From an uncultured Desulfobacterales bacterium (GTDB lineage Bacteria; Desulfobacterota; Desulfobacteria; Desulfobacterales; B30-G6), in assembly GCA_964633115.1 (NCBI GenBank), contig CAZWEO010000002.1:7935-71934 (forward strand): a stretch of 64,000 nt of DNA. The letters run 5' to 3'. The position numbers and the translations under genes are program-made. Of this stretch, positions 54,420-63,285 are shown in pieces. Within the stretch, counting starts at the first letter, position 1, and each line of letters opens with the position of its first letter. The notes below the pieces were generated by a model. That model had not been told where the DNA came from and ran no database searches. It saw nothing but the letters and a program-made list of their open reading frames with translations.

Positions 54420-55619
54420 TCAGTTTATAAATTGTTTTCTAACCATACCTTTCCCAACATGGGGCCAAAGAATTTTATAGTTGTTTCTTTCGTAGCGGAT
54501 CCGGCCAGCAACAATTGATTTATGAACGTCCGCCTTTAAAGCCAGATTTAAGACATCCTTTATTTTGCCTGTTTTGCGTGCCGGATGATTATTCCACAGT
54601 TTGTTTGGGATCAAGGACTCCATGGCTAATTCGTCTGCTTCATTCTCTTTATCGTCTTGAGACCCCCTTAAATCAAGATTATCTATAATGCATTGGCCTT
54701 CTGCACTATGCACATGGCCTAATACCAAATGAGCCAGTTCGTGTGCGAGCGTAAACCAATAATTATCAAGCCTATCGTGTCTTAAACTCAAAGCAATAAT
54801 TGGTTCACCTCTTTTGTTTATCAATGCGGCCCCATCTAAATAAGTTCCCTGAAAATGAGGCACAATAACCAGTTTTATTCCTTTGTTCTGGAGAAATTCT
54901 CTGGCTTTAATCGGTCCATCATTTAAACCACTTAGACAAATTACCTTGGTGATAAAACCTTCATTGAGGACCTCAGGATTAAATTTCACCTTGCACTCAA
55001 TCTGCTCAGCCTTGGCAAGCACACCTAATATCCATGCATCGATTGCATATGGATCGTCCCTTTCACTGCATCTGGCTCCCTGGCGCGAACACGCATAGTT
55101 CTGCTCTGTGAAATATAAGTCGGCACAAGCCATAGCGGCCAGCTCGCGCATTACTTCTTCATTCTGGGTTTTAGAGTCAAATCCGGCCACCCAACCACGG
55201 TCGACAATTTCTTTTACGGGGAAGCTGCCCCATTTGACATCTTCCCCATCAGGAGGGAAATTGATGCCTTCCGAAATTAGAATCTCTGCGGGGATATTCA
55301 AATGAGTGTTCAGTGATCGGATCATAGAGAGAGAAAGAGTTCTCTTGCCCCTTAGGACCTCAGAGACCTTCGAGCGGCTGCCAATGTAAGGCACGAGGTC
55401 TGCCTGTTTCATACCCCTCTGATCCATAACAAAGCTAATTGCTTCAATAGGAGTTGAAGGCGGGATAGGATGGTTCTCTTTTTCGTATACTTCAACCAGG
55501 GTGAGCAGAACATCGAGCTCATCGCCTTCGGGAGTACCTGACTCAGCTCCCCAAAGCGTTTCAATACGCTCGATAGCCTCATCATATGCCTGCTCTGTGT
55601 TAACAGGGCGGATATTCAT
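54420..55619 (-). CDS. higA: HigA-type HTH antitoxin fused to an ImmA/IrrE (COG2856) zinc metallopeptidase domain
   Basis: The N-terminal 115 aa MNIRPVNTEQAYDEAIERIETLWGAESGTPEGDELDVLLTLVEVYEKENHPIPPSTPIEAISFVMDQRGMKQADLVPYIGSRSKVSEVLRGKRTLSLSMIRSL is the classic HigA2-type antitoxin. The C-terminal domain carries WFTLAHELAHLVLGH (HExxH) ...ENEADELA. Confidence 0.8.
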   Translation of the reverse strand: MNIRPVNTEQAYDEAIERIETLWGAESGTPEGDELDVLLTLVEVYEKENHPIPPSTPIEAISFVMDQRGMKQADLVPYIGSRSKVSEVLRGKRTLSLSMIRSLNTHLNIPAEILISEGINFPPDGEDVKWGSFPVKEIVDRGWVAGFDSKTQNEEVMRELAAMACADLYFTEQNYACSRQGARCSERDDPYAIDAWILGVLAKAEQIECKVKFNPEVLNEGFITKVICLSGLNDGPIKAREFLQNKGIKLVIVPHFQGTYLDGAALINKRGEPIIALSLRHDRLDNYWFTLAHELAHLVLGHVHSAEGQCIIDNLDLRGSQDDKENEADELAMESLIPNKLWNNHPARKTGKIKDVLNLALKADVHKSIVAGRIRYERNNYKILWPHVGKGMVRKQFIN

Positions 55620-55914
55620 GTTTCACCTCCGAAGGTTCTATTTTGTTGTAATCTTTATGCCGGCCAAACCATTTGACAAATGCTACCTGGCGCCCAAAAT
55701 CAAATGCGGCTATTAACCTAAAATGATTACCTTTGATGTTAAATATAACTCTATCCGGTGGGACAAAGTCCGCGCCAGGAAACATTTTCTTAAGACCGGG
55801 AAAATGTTCAAACTTATTTTTATTTATGAGGCTTACCCACGACCTCAATGCATCATCTGCTTCAGGGTAACATTCTCTGTAAGCATTGATCGTTTTGGTT
55901 GCTATAATCCTCAT
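55600..55914 (-). CDS. higB: HigB-family toxin (mRNA interferase)
   Basis: MRIIATKTINAYRECYPEADDALRSWVSLINKNKFEHFPGLKKMFPGADFVP.DRVIFNIKGNHFRLIAAFDFGRQVAFVKWFGRHKDY matches the HigB_toxin pattern. Overlaps the antitoxin start by 20 nt. Confidence 0.85.
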   Translation of the reverse strand: MRIIATKTINAYRECYPEADDALRSWVSLINKNKFEHFPGLKKMFPGADFVPPDRVIFNIKGNHFRLIAAFDFGRQVAFVKWFGRHKDYNKIEPSEVKHEYPPC

Positions 55915-55921
55915 GCCAATT

Positions 55922-55971
55922 ACTATATATTCCCAAAATGGGAATGTCAATAAGCAATCCCAAAAAGGGAA
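55922..55971 (-). promoter_or_regulatory. higBA promoter with two operator palindromes
   Basis: On the - strand: TTGACA (55950-55945) - 17 nt - TATAGT (55927-55922). The spacer contains the palindrome TTCCCATTTTGGGAA (55930-55944). A second palindrome TTCCCTTTTTGGGA lies at 55958-55971. Confidence 0.55.
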
Positions 55972-56114
55972 CATTAATCAACGCTGTCATGAAAACAAAA
56001 GGGCAAACTTCCTACACAGCTTGCCCTTTGCGAATCGTTGAAAATGGATGCTACTAAAGTAATTGGTGTCTAAATATAACTTGACGTCATTTCAATAATA
56101 CCCTATCAGCACGC

Positions 56115-57374
56115 ATGCAGCAAAAAAGCAACTTAATCGAATCCCCCCTATTCTTTGGGCATGCCATCGTTATTGCGGCCTTAACCATTATGGTAATAGT
56201 TTGGGGCACGAATTACAGTTTTGGTGTATTTTTTACACCGCTTCTAAGAGAGTTCGGTTGGACACGGGCAATTACCACTGGCGCTTTCGGGCTTGCCATG
56301 CTTTTGGAAGGCCTCGGCGGGATGTTCATGGGGCGTATGAATGATCGTTTCGGTGCCCGCTGGGTGGTAACCATATGTGGGCTTTGTATGGGGGTAGGAT
56401 TGTTGCTCATGTCACGCATCTCACAGTCGTGGCAACTGTATTTATATTATGGGGTGATGATTGGTATTGGTCTCAGTGGCTTGTATGTTCCGCTGGTTTC
56501 CACGGTGACCCGATGGTTCGAAAAGCAAATGGGTTTAATGGTCGGGATCATTGCGGCTGGTATGGGACTGGGTACGATGATCATGACACCTATCTCCAAT
56601 CAACTGATTCAGAGCTTCGGTTGGAGAACCTCCTATATAATTGTGGGTGTCGGCGTAATCATTTGTGTTGTCAGTCTGGCGCAATTATTGAAAAATCCTG
56701 CCCCAGGGGAACTGCCGGCAAGCCACCAGCGAGTAAAATCATCAGAATCCGCACAAGCCCATGGCGCATCGGTTGCTATGGGGATTGCCCTAAAGACAGG
56801 CCAACTTTGGCTCCTTTGCACCATATGTTTTTTGTGGGGAGGTCTTTCACTTATCATTATCGTTCACATCGCGCCGCATGCCATTGATTTGGGATTCTCT
56901 TCTAACCAGGCAGCCAGGGTCCTATCGGTATTCGGCGGTGTCGTTTTTGGTGCTAAAATAATGATGGGGGTTGTTACCGATAGGATCGGCAGTAAACGCG
57001 CCTTTCTAATCGGCCTGGCTGCCATGTCCATCGGACTATTCTGGCTCATAGGGGCCAAGGAAATGTGGGCACTCTATTTGTTTGCGATTATTTATGCATT
57101 CGGCTACGCAGGCGGATCAGTGATAATGTCTACCATCGTAGCTGAGATTTTCGGTATGGATGCGCACGGCAGTATTTTCGGAATCGTAAATTTTTCAGCC
57201 TGTTGCGGCGTTGCCATCGGACCCATGATGGTAGGATGGATGTTCGATAAAAGCGGCGATTACCAAATGGCAATTTGTTTTATGGCCGCTTTCAGCGTTA
57301 TAGGCCTGCTAATGGCATTCGGTCTTAAAAGTGGTTTCAATACCCCATCTAACATCCAATGGCGGTCCGGATAA
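56115..57374 (+). CDS. MFS transporter
   Basis: 419 aa with about 12 predicted TM helices and the loop 2-3 motif GRMNDRFGARW. Confidence 0.9.
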   Translation: MQQKSNLIESPLFFGHAIVIAALTIMVIVWGTNYSFGVFFTPLLREFGWTRAITTGAFGLAMLLEGLGGMFMGRMNDRFGARWVVTICGLCMGVGLLLMSRISQSWQLYLYYGVMIGIGLSGLYVPLVSTVTRWFEKQMGLMVGIIAAGMGLGTMIMTPISNQLIQSFGWRTSYIIVGVGVIICVVSLAQLLKNPAPGELPASHQRVKSSESAQAHGASVAMGIALKTGQLWLLCTICFLWGGLSLIIIVHIAPHAIDLGFSSNQAARVLSVFGGVVFGAKIMMGVVTDRIGSKRAFLIGLAAMSIGLFWLIGAKEMWALYLFAIIYAFGYAGGSVIMSTIVAEIFGMDAHGSIFGIVNFSACCGVAIGPMMVGWMFDKSGDYQMAICFMAAFSVIGLLMAFGLKSGFNTPSNIQWRSG

Positions 57375-58088
57375 TTATCCGCCTTTAACTTTGATGCCCA
57401 TATCATCGATAAACGTTACAATATCATTAACCGTGTGCATCAGGCCCAAGGCCATGGATCTGGGGTGCTTCTTGGTTACGGCTTTGCCTTTGATCTCAAC
57501 CAGGGTATTGGATAAAACCTCGATCTTGGACTCTCGGTTGCCGTAAAGCATGCCGACCAGGGAATTTCTGTTTTCGAAAAACACCGGAGCGCCGCTGAAA
57601 CCATTCAATGTGGGAAAGCTTAGTTCGCATACGGTGCGGCATCTTAGGGAGGTATCGGGCTTGGTGCCAATAAAAGATATGTAGCCTTTAAAATATTTAT
57701 CTTCCAGACGTAAATCCGACCCGACCCTACCGGCATTGATATAGCCAAAAGAGGATATATTGGTGCCCAGCTCAATCGGATGCATCTCAGTTTTGACCAA
57801 CTTCAGATACTTATTCTGCTTTACACCGGTGCGCGCGATGGCAAAATCCATTTCAGGATGAATTTGAAGCATTTCCAATTTTAGGAATCGTTGCAAATTT
57901 AAATCGTAGGCCATCAGGCTTTCATCGTATGCCGGTGCTGAGGCGATGTGTCCACAGGTCGCAATCACACCATTTGCGCCGATATAAAAAGCTGTGCCCA
58001 CAAACCGATTTAACTGGGCAAACGGATTCTCAGAATTCTTTTTTCCGATCACCAAAGGTAGAATGTAGTCGGAGGCTTTAATTAGCAT
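57375..58088 (-). CDS. cytoplasmic trypsin-like (chymotrypsin-fold, Trypsin_2-type) serine protease
   Basis: GTAFYIGANGVIATCGHI (His), MDFAIARTG (Asp) and LNGFSGAPVF (Ser). No signal peptide or TM segment. Confidence 0.7.
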   Translation of the reverse strand: MLIKASDYILPLVIGKKNSENPFAQLNRFVGTAFYIGANGVIATCGHIASAPAYDESLMAYDLNLQRFLKLEMLQIHPEMDFAIARTGVKQNKYLKLVKTEMHPIELGTNISSFGYINAGRVGSDLRLEDKYFKGYISFIGTKPDTSLRCRTVCELSFPTLNGFSGAPVFFENRNSLVGMLYGNRESKIEVLSNTLVEIKGKAVTKKHPRSMALGLMHTVNDIVTFIDDMGIKVKGG

Positions 58089-58482
58089 ATTACACTCCCC
58101 GTAGAATCGAATGCGATTTTACGGTATGCGTTATTATAGCTTTGTAATAATCAGTCTTAATGAAATGTGTATTTTAAAATACCTGGCTCTTGGGGTAAGG
58201 TCAATGACGAATAATACGGCTTATAAATTAGCCTTCGAACATTGCTCAATATCACCCAGCCTTAAATGCTTCAAAGAAATCGGAATATCAAGGATCATTT
58301 GCTTAGCAATATATACATATGAATAAATTTCATGTATACTGCCTGTTGTGATCGTAGGCATAAAAAAACACGATTCGCATCAAATTCTAGATAATTATCA
58401 GTTTCAAATTTACAAATATATCTATTGGTTAAAATAGAATACTTAATTATTTGCTTACATATAATTCTTAACTATTATTCTG

Positions 58483-58761
58483 ATGAAAACAGCCCTTATA
58501 TTTATCAGTGGCACTGGCATTCTGGTTCTCTTTGTTGCTGCCATTGTCATGTCATTAAATAAAAATGTCTCGGGATTTATCCGATATTTTCTGGCCTACG
58601 TGTGTTTTATCGCAGCCATTGGTATACTCTTTTACCTATTTGGTGGTGCTTATATATGGATCGGTTTGCTTGCTGCAGGCGGCTGGATATTTCTGATCGT
58701 AAAAGGTTCTGGCTATCGCCATATAGAAACTGAAGAACCCGAGGAAAATCACCCTGCCTAA
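58483..58761 (+). CDS. small 3-TM membrane protein (hypothetical)
   Basis: 92 aa with three hydrophobic helices and an acidic tail. No recognisable family. Confidence 0.45.
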   Translation: MKTALIFISGTGILVLFVAAIVMSLNKNVSGFIRYFLAYVCFIAAIGILFYLFGGAYIWIGLLAAGGWIFLIVKGSGYRHIETEEPEENHPA

Positions 58762-58841
58762 ATTGAATTTTCCTTCCAAAAATCAAATCAAATTTTACCA
58801 AAATAGTGCTTGACTTTGGCCAGCTTGTTAATTAAAAGATT

Positions 58842-58857
58842 AGCTGTATATACAGCT
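58842..58857. promoter_or_regulatory. perfect 16-nt palindrome, candidate GntR/HutC operator
   Basis: AGCTGTATATACAGCT. The core GTATATAC fits the HutC-subfamily GTnTAnAC consensus. A related half-site GGTATACAGC lies at 61073-61082 upstream of the GntR gene. Confidence 0.45.
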
Positions 58858-59107
58858 ATAACTCTATACTTAAATTTGAATTCCCAGCGGCATGCATCGT
58901 GGGATGAATTCAAATTATAGATTTAGATCCACTTTTATGAAAAAGAGCGTAACCGGAATTCCAAAGATTTCGGAAAAGTTTCGAAATACCCTGCTGCAAC
59001 TCGACTTGAGGCCTTCGAGTGAGCTTTAACCAAACTCCTCGCCGAAAGAATTGCTGTAGGGATAAGATTTTGGTCTTTAGCATAGGAGCGACGTAGTCGC
59101 GTTTCAT

Positions 59108-59128
59108 AAAATCGTGGAACACGATTTT
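59108..59128 (+). terminator. terminator-like hairpin in the 5' leader of the transketolase-like gene
   Basis: AAAATCGTG-gaa-CACGATTTT followed by ATTTG, 54 nt upstream of the ATG at 59182. Confidence 0.35.
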
Positions 59129-59181
59129 ATTTGAAAGCCCCACAATATCCAATTTCCCGAATCAAAAAAAGGAGGACGTCC

Positions 59182-61068
59182 ATGCAGTTTCCGCTAGATC
59201 TGGATAGTTATATCCCGGTAACCTTTGATCTTTCCCATTCTGAAATCAGCCAGGATCAATTGGAACGGTTGACTTTAAATATTCAATTGATTCGGGATAG
59301 TATTGTATTTTTTACGGCCTATGCCAACACCAAAGGCCTGGGCGGACATACCGGTGGAGCCTTTGATATCGTTCCGGAGCTACTGGTCATTGATGGCTTC
59401 ATGAAAAATAGTGATGGCATTTATCCGGTTTATTTCGATGAAGCCGGGCACCGGGTAGCTGCCCAGTACCAGATGGCAGCCTTGAATGGCCATATGCCCA
59501 TCGAATCCCTCTTCCACTATCGTGAGTTCAAGAGCGGCCTTTATGGACATCCGGAAAGAGACGATGCCAAAGGCATATTTTTTAGCTCGGGCAGATTGGG
59601 CCATCTGTGGAGCTACGTCAACGGCATCGCCGCTGCCAATCCCGAAAAAACCGTTATCCTTTTTGGCAGCGACGGATCCCAGCAAGAAGGCGGCGATGCT
59701 GAAGCTGCTCGATATGCCATCGCCCAAAATTTGAATGTCAAATTACTGATCGATGACAATGATGTCACCATTGCCGGACACCCCAGCGAGTACCTAAAAG
59801 GCTTCAGCGTGGCCGACACACTAAAAGGCCATGGTATGCCAGTGGACACTTGTGACGGTGAAGATTTGCCGGCACTATATCGCAGCATTCAAAAACTGCT
59901 GACCGCAAATGGCCCCACGGCACTGATTAACTATCGTAAGATGGGCGTTGGTATTAAAGGTATTGAAGGCACACCCAAGGGGCATGATGTTATTCCGGTG
60001 AATCTGGCCATCGATTACCTCAAGGAGAAAGGCCGTGATGCAGCCGCCGACCTCCTTGAAAATGCGCCTGAAAAAGGACCTGGCAGAACCTATTTGGGTT
60101 CCAGTTCGGAAAAGGCCAAAAACCGGGACAATTTTGGCAAGATTGTCTGTGACTTGCTTCAAGACATGCCCGACCGCCAATCCAAAGTTCTGGTGGTGGA
60201 TTCCGACCTGGAGGGATCCTGTGGTTTGCATCATATTCGCAAAACTTTTCCAGAAGTCTATGTGCATGGCGGCATTATGGAACGTAATAATTTCTCTGTG
60301 GCTGCTGGCTTTGGCGCAGAGGCTGGCAAACAAGGCATTTTCGGAACATTTTCTGCATTTTTGGAGATGGTGGTCTCCGAGATATCCATGGCGCGTCTCA
60401 ATCGCAGTAATCTACTGGCCCATTTTTCCCACGCCGGTGTCGATGATATGGCCGACAATACCTGCCATTTTGGTATCAACAACTTTTTTGCCGACAATGG
60501 TTTGGGCGAGGAAGACAACACGCGCCTTTATTTTCCAGCAGATTCCCATCAATTGAAGGCAGTTTTAGTGCGGATATTCAATGATCCGGGTCTGCGTTTC
60601 ATATTTTCAACCCGATCGGCCACTCCGTTTATATTTGATACTGAAGGCCAGCCGCTTTACGAAAATAATTACGAATTTATACCCGGAAAAGACGAGGTCA
60701 TTCGCGAAGGCCAGCAAGGCTATGTCGTCTCTTACGGGGAAATGCTGTATCGTTGCTTAGACGTGGTGGATCGCTTGCGTTCAGAGGGCCTCGATATCGG
60801 TCTGATCAATAAGCCCACTTTAAATGTTGTGGATGAAGACATACTCGCGAAAGTGGGCCAAAGCGGATTTGTTCTGTTGGTGGAAACCCAAAATATTAAA
60901 TCAGGTTTGGGTGTCCGCTACGGCACTCGGCTTTTGAGCCGCGGTTATACGACAAAATACGCGCACATGGGCGTAAGTCGCGAGGGCCGCGGTGGTCTAT
61001 CCGAACAGATACAGTTTCAAGGACTTGACCCAGATGATATCGAAAAGAAAATCCGGACATTGGCATAG
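59182..61068 (+). CDS. transketolase-family protein (fused N/C halves, atypical)
   Basis: GGHTGGAFDIVPE, SSGRLGH, GSDGSQQEGGDAEAARYA and DDNDVTIAG (TPP/metal-binding blocks), plus pyrimidine-binding and C-terminal domains. The ATG at 59182 follows AAGGAGG. Confidence 0.75.
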   Translation: MQFPLDLDSYIPVTFDLSHSEISQDQLERLTLNIQLIRDSIVFFTAYANTKGLGGHTGGAFDIVPELLVIDGFMKNSDGIYPVYFDEAGHRVAAQYQMAALNGHMPIESLFHYREFKSGLYGHPERDDAKGIFFSSGRLGHLWSYVNGIAAANPEKTVILFGSDGSQQEGGDAEAARYAIAQNLNVKLLIDDNDVTIAGHPSEYLKGFSVADTLKGHGMPVDTCDGEDLPALYRSIQKLLTANGPTALINYRKMGVGIKGIEGTPKGHDVIPVNLAIDYLKEKGRDAAADLLENAPEKGPGRTYLGSSSEKAKNRDNFGKIVCDLLQDMPDRQSKVLVVDSDLEGSCGLHHIRKTFPEVYVHGGIMERNNFSVAAGFGAEAGKQGIFGTFSAFLEMVVSEISMARLNRSNLLAHFSHAGVDDMADNTCHFGINNFFADNGLGEEDNTRLYFPADSHQLKAVLVRIFNDPGLRFIFSTRSATPFIFDTEGQPLYENNYEFIPGKDEVIREGQQGYVVSYGEMLYRCLDVVDRLRSEGLDIGLINKPTLNVVDEDILAKVGQSGFVLLVETQNIKSGLGVRYGTRLLSRGYTTKYAHMGVSREGRGGLSEQIQFQGLDPDDIEKKIRTLA

Positions 61069-61142
61069 TCGCGGTATACAGCCAAATGGATCAATTAAAT
61101 CCTAAATCGAGCGCTTCAGATTACAGGTAAGATGGAAACAAC

Positions 61143-61898
61143 ATGCAGATAGTAGATCCCAACAACCCTATTCCTAAATATTTACAGATCAGTGCTTGGC
61201 TCAAAGAAGCCATTCAGATCGGTCGCTACCCTTTGGGGGAAAAAATCCCCTCAGAGGTAGAACTTTCGCGCATGTGTCAGGTCAACCGCAACACCCTCCG
61301 ACAAGCCATCGCCGAACTGACCAAGAACGGTCTTTTGACCAAAAAGAAAGGCAAAGGAACATTTGTCAATGCTTCAGAACCCAGCGCCCTTAGGCACCAG
61401 CTGAACCGTATCTCCAGTTTTGGACAGGAACTCTCCAAGGCCGGTGTTCAGGTAAACACGCAATTAATATCACGGGGACTGGAAAATCCGACCGAACTGA
61501 TTGCACAGGCCTTGGCATTGGGAACCGACAGCCAGGTCATCGCCATTCGACGCTTGCGCACCGGTGACGACGTACCCCTGATCTACGAGGAAACCTATCT
61601 GCCGGTAGATCTGTTTGACGGCATTTTGGAAATGGATTTGACTGGATCCCTGTATGCCATCTTCACCCATAATTTTAATACGGTTCTAGCCCGCTGCGAA
61701 CAGACGATTACGGCCGTGAGTCTTAATGGTGACATTGCCCGATCTCTTCATCTAAACAAGGGTGCCGCTGCCCTGTACATGGAAAGTGTGACTTATAACG
61801 ATAAAAATATGCCGGTAGAATTCCTATGCGGTTATTTCCGGGGCGATAAATATGCCTTTGCGGTGGAATTGGGACAATATCATCTAACCGAACAATAA
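61143..61898 (+). CDS. GntR-family transcriptional regulator, HutC subfamily (UTRA domain)
   Basis: PKYLQISAWLKEAIQIGRYPLGEKIPSEVELSRMCQVNRNTLRQAIAELTKNGLL..KKGKGTFV wHTH, with a UTRA-type C-terminus. Confidence 0.9.
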   Translation: MQIVDPNNPIPKYLQISAWLKEAIQIGRYPLGEKIPSEVELSRMCQVNRNTLRQAIAELTKNGLLTKKKGKGTFVNASEPSALRHQLNRISSFGQELSKAGVQVNTQLISRGLENPTELIAQALALGTDSQVIAIRRLRTGDDVPLIYEETYLPVDLFDGILEMDLTGSLYAIFTHNFNTVLARCEQTITAVSLNGDIARSLHLNKGAAALYMESVTYNDKNMPVEFLCGYFRGDKYAFAVELGQYHLTEQ

Positions 61899-62016
61899 AG
61901 TTGCATAAACAACATGGCAAATTATTGATAATGATTAGGAGAATTCAAATTTGCACTGTGATAATCTATTAATATTACAGAAGTTAAACCATTTTTAACA
62001 AATCAAGGAGGCTACA

Positions 62017-63216
62017 ATGCAAGAAAGAAATCTGTTTGAAAAGCTCGTGGACGTAAGCCCTGGCATGGAAATATGGTGGGATTCTTCACCAATTATTTTC
62101 GACAATTGGTGCAAGAAGATGCTTGCTAAAGCTGAGGATTCTGACAAGGCTGTTCTGCAAGCCCAATTTGACCGTATGTTCGATGCGTCCAGCCCAGAAG
62201 CACAGCTGTTTCGGGGTGTCACTACCAATCCCCCCTTGTCCTTGCAGGCCATTCAGGACAACATCCCCATGTGGGAAAAGAAGGCCGCCGAAGTTATCGC
62301 TGAAAACCCCGGCATTGATACGGAGTCACTATTTTGGAATCTCTATCTACAAGTCGTGAAACTCGGTTCAGACGCGTATTTACCCCTATTTGAAAAGTCA
62401 GGATACAAAGAAGGATTCCTATCCGGGCAGACCGATCCGCGCAGCGCTTTTGATAAAGATGCCATGATCAAACAAGCCTTGGAAATTGCGACCATCAATC
62501 CAAATGTTATGATCAAGGTGCCGGGTTCCAAGGAAGGATATGAAGTAATTGAATTTTTAACCGCCAAGGGTATTTCCACCAACAATACCCTCACCTTTGT
62601 TTTGCCGCAGCTGGTGGATTGTGCTGAATCGGTCAAACGGGGACTTGAAACCGCTAAAAAGAACAATGTAGACCTCAGCAAATGGCGTTCCGTAATCACT
62701 CATATGGAATCACGATACGGCGATCTGGGGGGATTGCGAGATTTTGCGACCGAAAAGGATATTGAGTTAAGTGATATGGAAGTACGCCATGCAGAATTGG
62801 CCATCTTCAGAAAAGCCTATAAGTACCTGATCGATAACGATTGCCACAGCAAGATGCTTTCCTGCTCCTTGCGGGTGGGACCGGACGTGGATGGGGTCAC
62901 CCGCATCCCCCATTTAGAGGAAAAAACCGGCGCGGCTGTCGTCGTCACCTGCCCACCGAGCTTTATCGACCAAATCATCAATTTTAAGGACCAAGATAAA
63001 ATCGTTTTTGAAAAGGATCGTATCCTGGAAGACATTCCCAAAGACGTCATGGATAAACTTATGCAAATTCCGTATTTTGAAAAAGCTTACGCCGTGGACG
63101 GCTATACGCGTGATGAATATAACACCCATCCCGCGCTGCAACGAACCGCTGCACAGTTTTCCAAAGCTACAGAGGAAATGGTCGCTTTTGCCGACCTGTG
63201 TCTGAAAAATGCATAA
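62017..63216 (+). CDS. transaldolase-family protein (long, 399 aa)
   Basis: WWDSS, RGVTTNPPLS and MIKVPGSKEG (Schiff-base Lys) motifs. Confidence 0.8.
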   Translation: MQERNLFEKLVDVSPGMEIWWDSSPIIFDNWCKKMLAKAEDSDKAVLQAQFDRMFDASSPEAQLFRGVTTNPPLSLQAIQDNIPMWEKKAAEVIAENPGIDTESLFWNLYLQVVKLGSDAYLPLFEKSGYKEGFLSGQTDPRSAFDKDAMIKQALEIATINPNVMIKVPGSKEGYEVIEFLTAKGISTNNTLTFVLPQLVDCAESVKRGLETAKKNNVDLSKWRSVITHMESRYGDLGGLRDFATEKDIELSDMEVRHAELAIFRKAYKYLIDNDCHSKMLSCSLRVGPDVDGVTRIPHLEEKTGAAVVVTCPPSFIDQIINFKDQDKIVFEKDRILEDIPKDVMDKLMQIPYFEKAYAVDGYTRDEYNTHPALQRTAAQFSKATEEMVAFADLCLKNA

Positions 63217-63285
63217 CGACTCAAAAGATCCCCACCGACCAGTTCGGCGGGGGTTAACTGTCACACGCACTCAAAGGAGGATTTC

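Noticed and set aside
58507-58527. TGGCAC-N5-TTCTG resembling a sigma-54 -24/-12 promoter.
   Set aside because: The -12 element is TTCT rather than TTGC, and it lies inside the 58483-58761 ORF with no downstream gene start at a suitable distance.
59010-59017. GGCCTTCG matching the tRNA-Leu 3' acceptor region, as a possible distal att repeat of the island.
   Set aside because: The match is only 8 nt, which is expected by chance in 6 kb. No longer direct repeat of the tRNA 3' end was seen by eye.
58910-59152. 80-aa - strand ORF upstream of the transketolase-like gene.
   Set aside because: I saw no convincing RBS and recognised no family. It lies antisense to a structured leader and overlaps the hairpins.
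61956-61980. CTGTGATAAT-N6-ATATTACAG as a second GntR operator upstream of the transaldolase gene.
   Set aside because: The inverted symmetry is only partial and there is no GTnTAnAC core. This is too weak to call.
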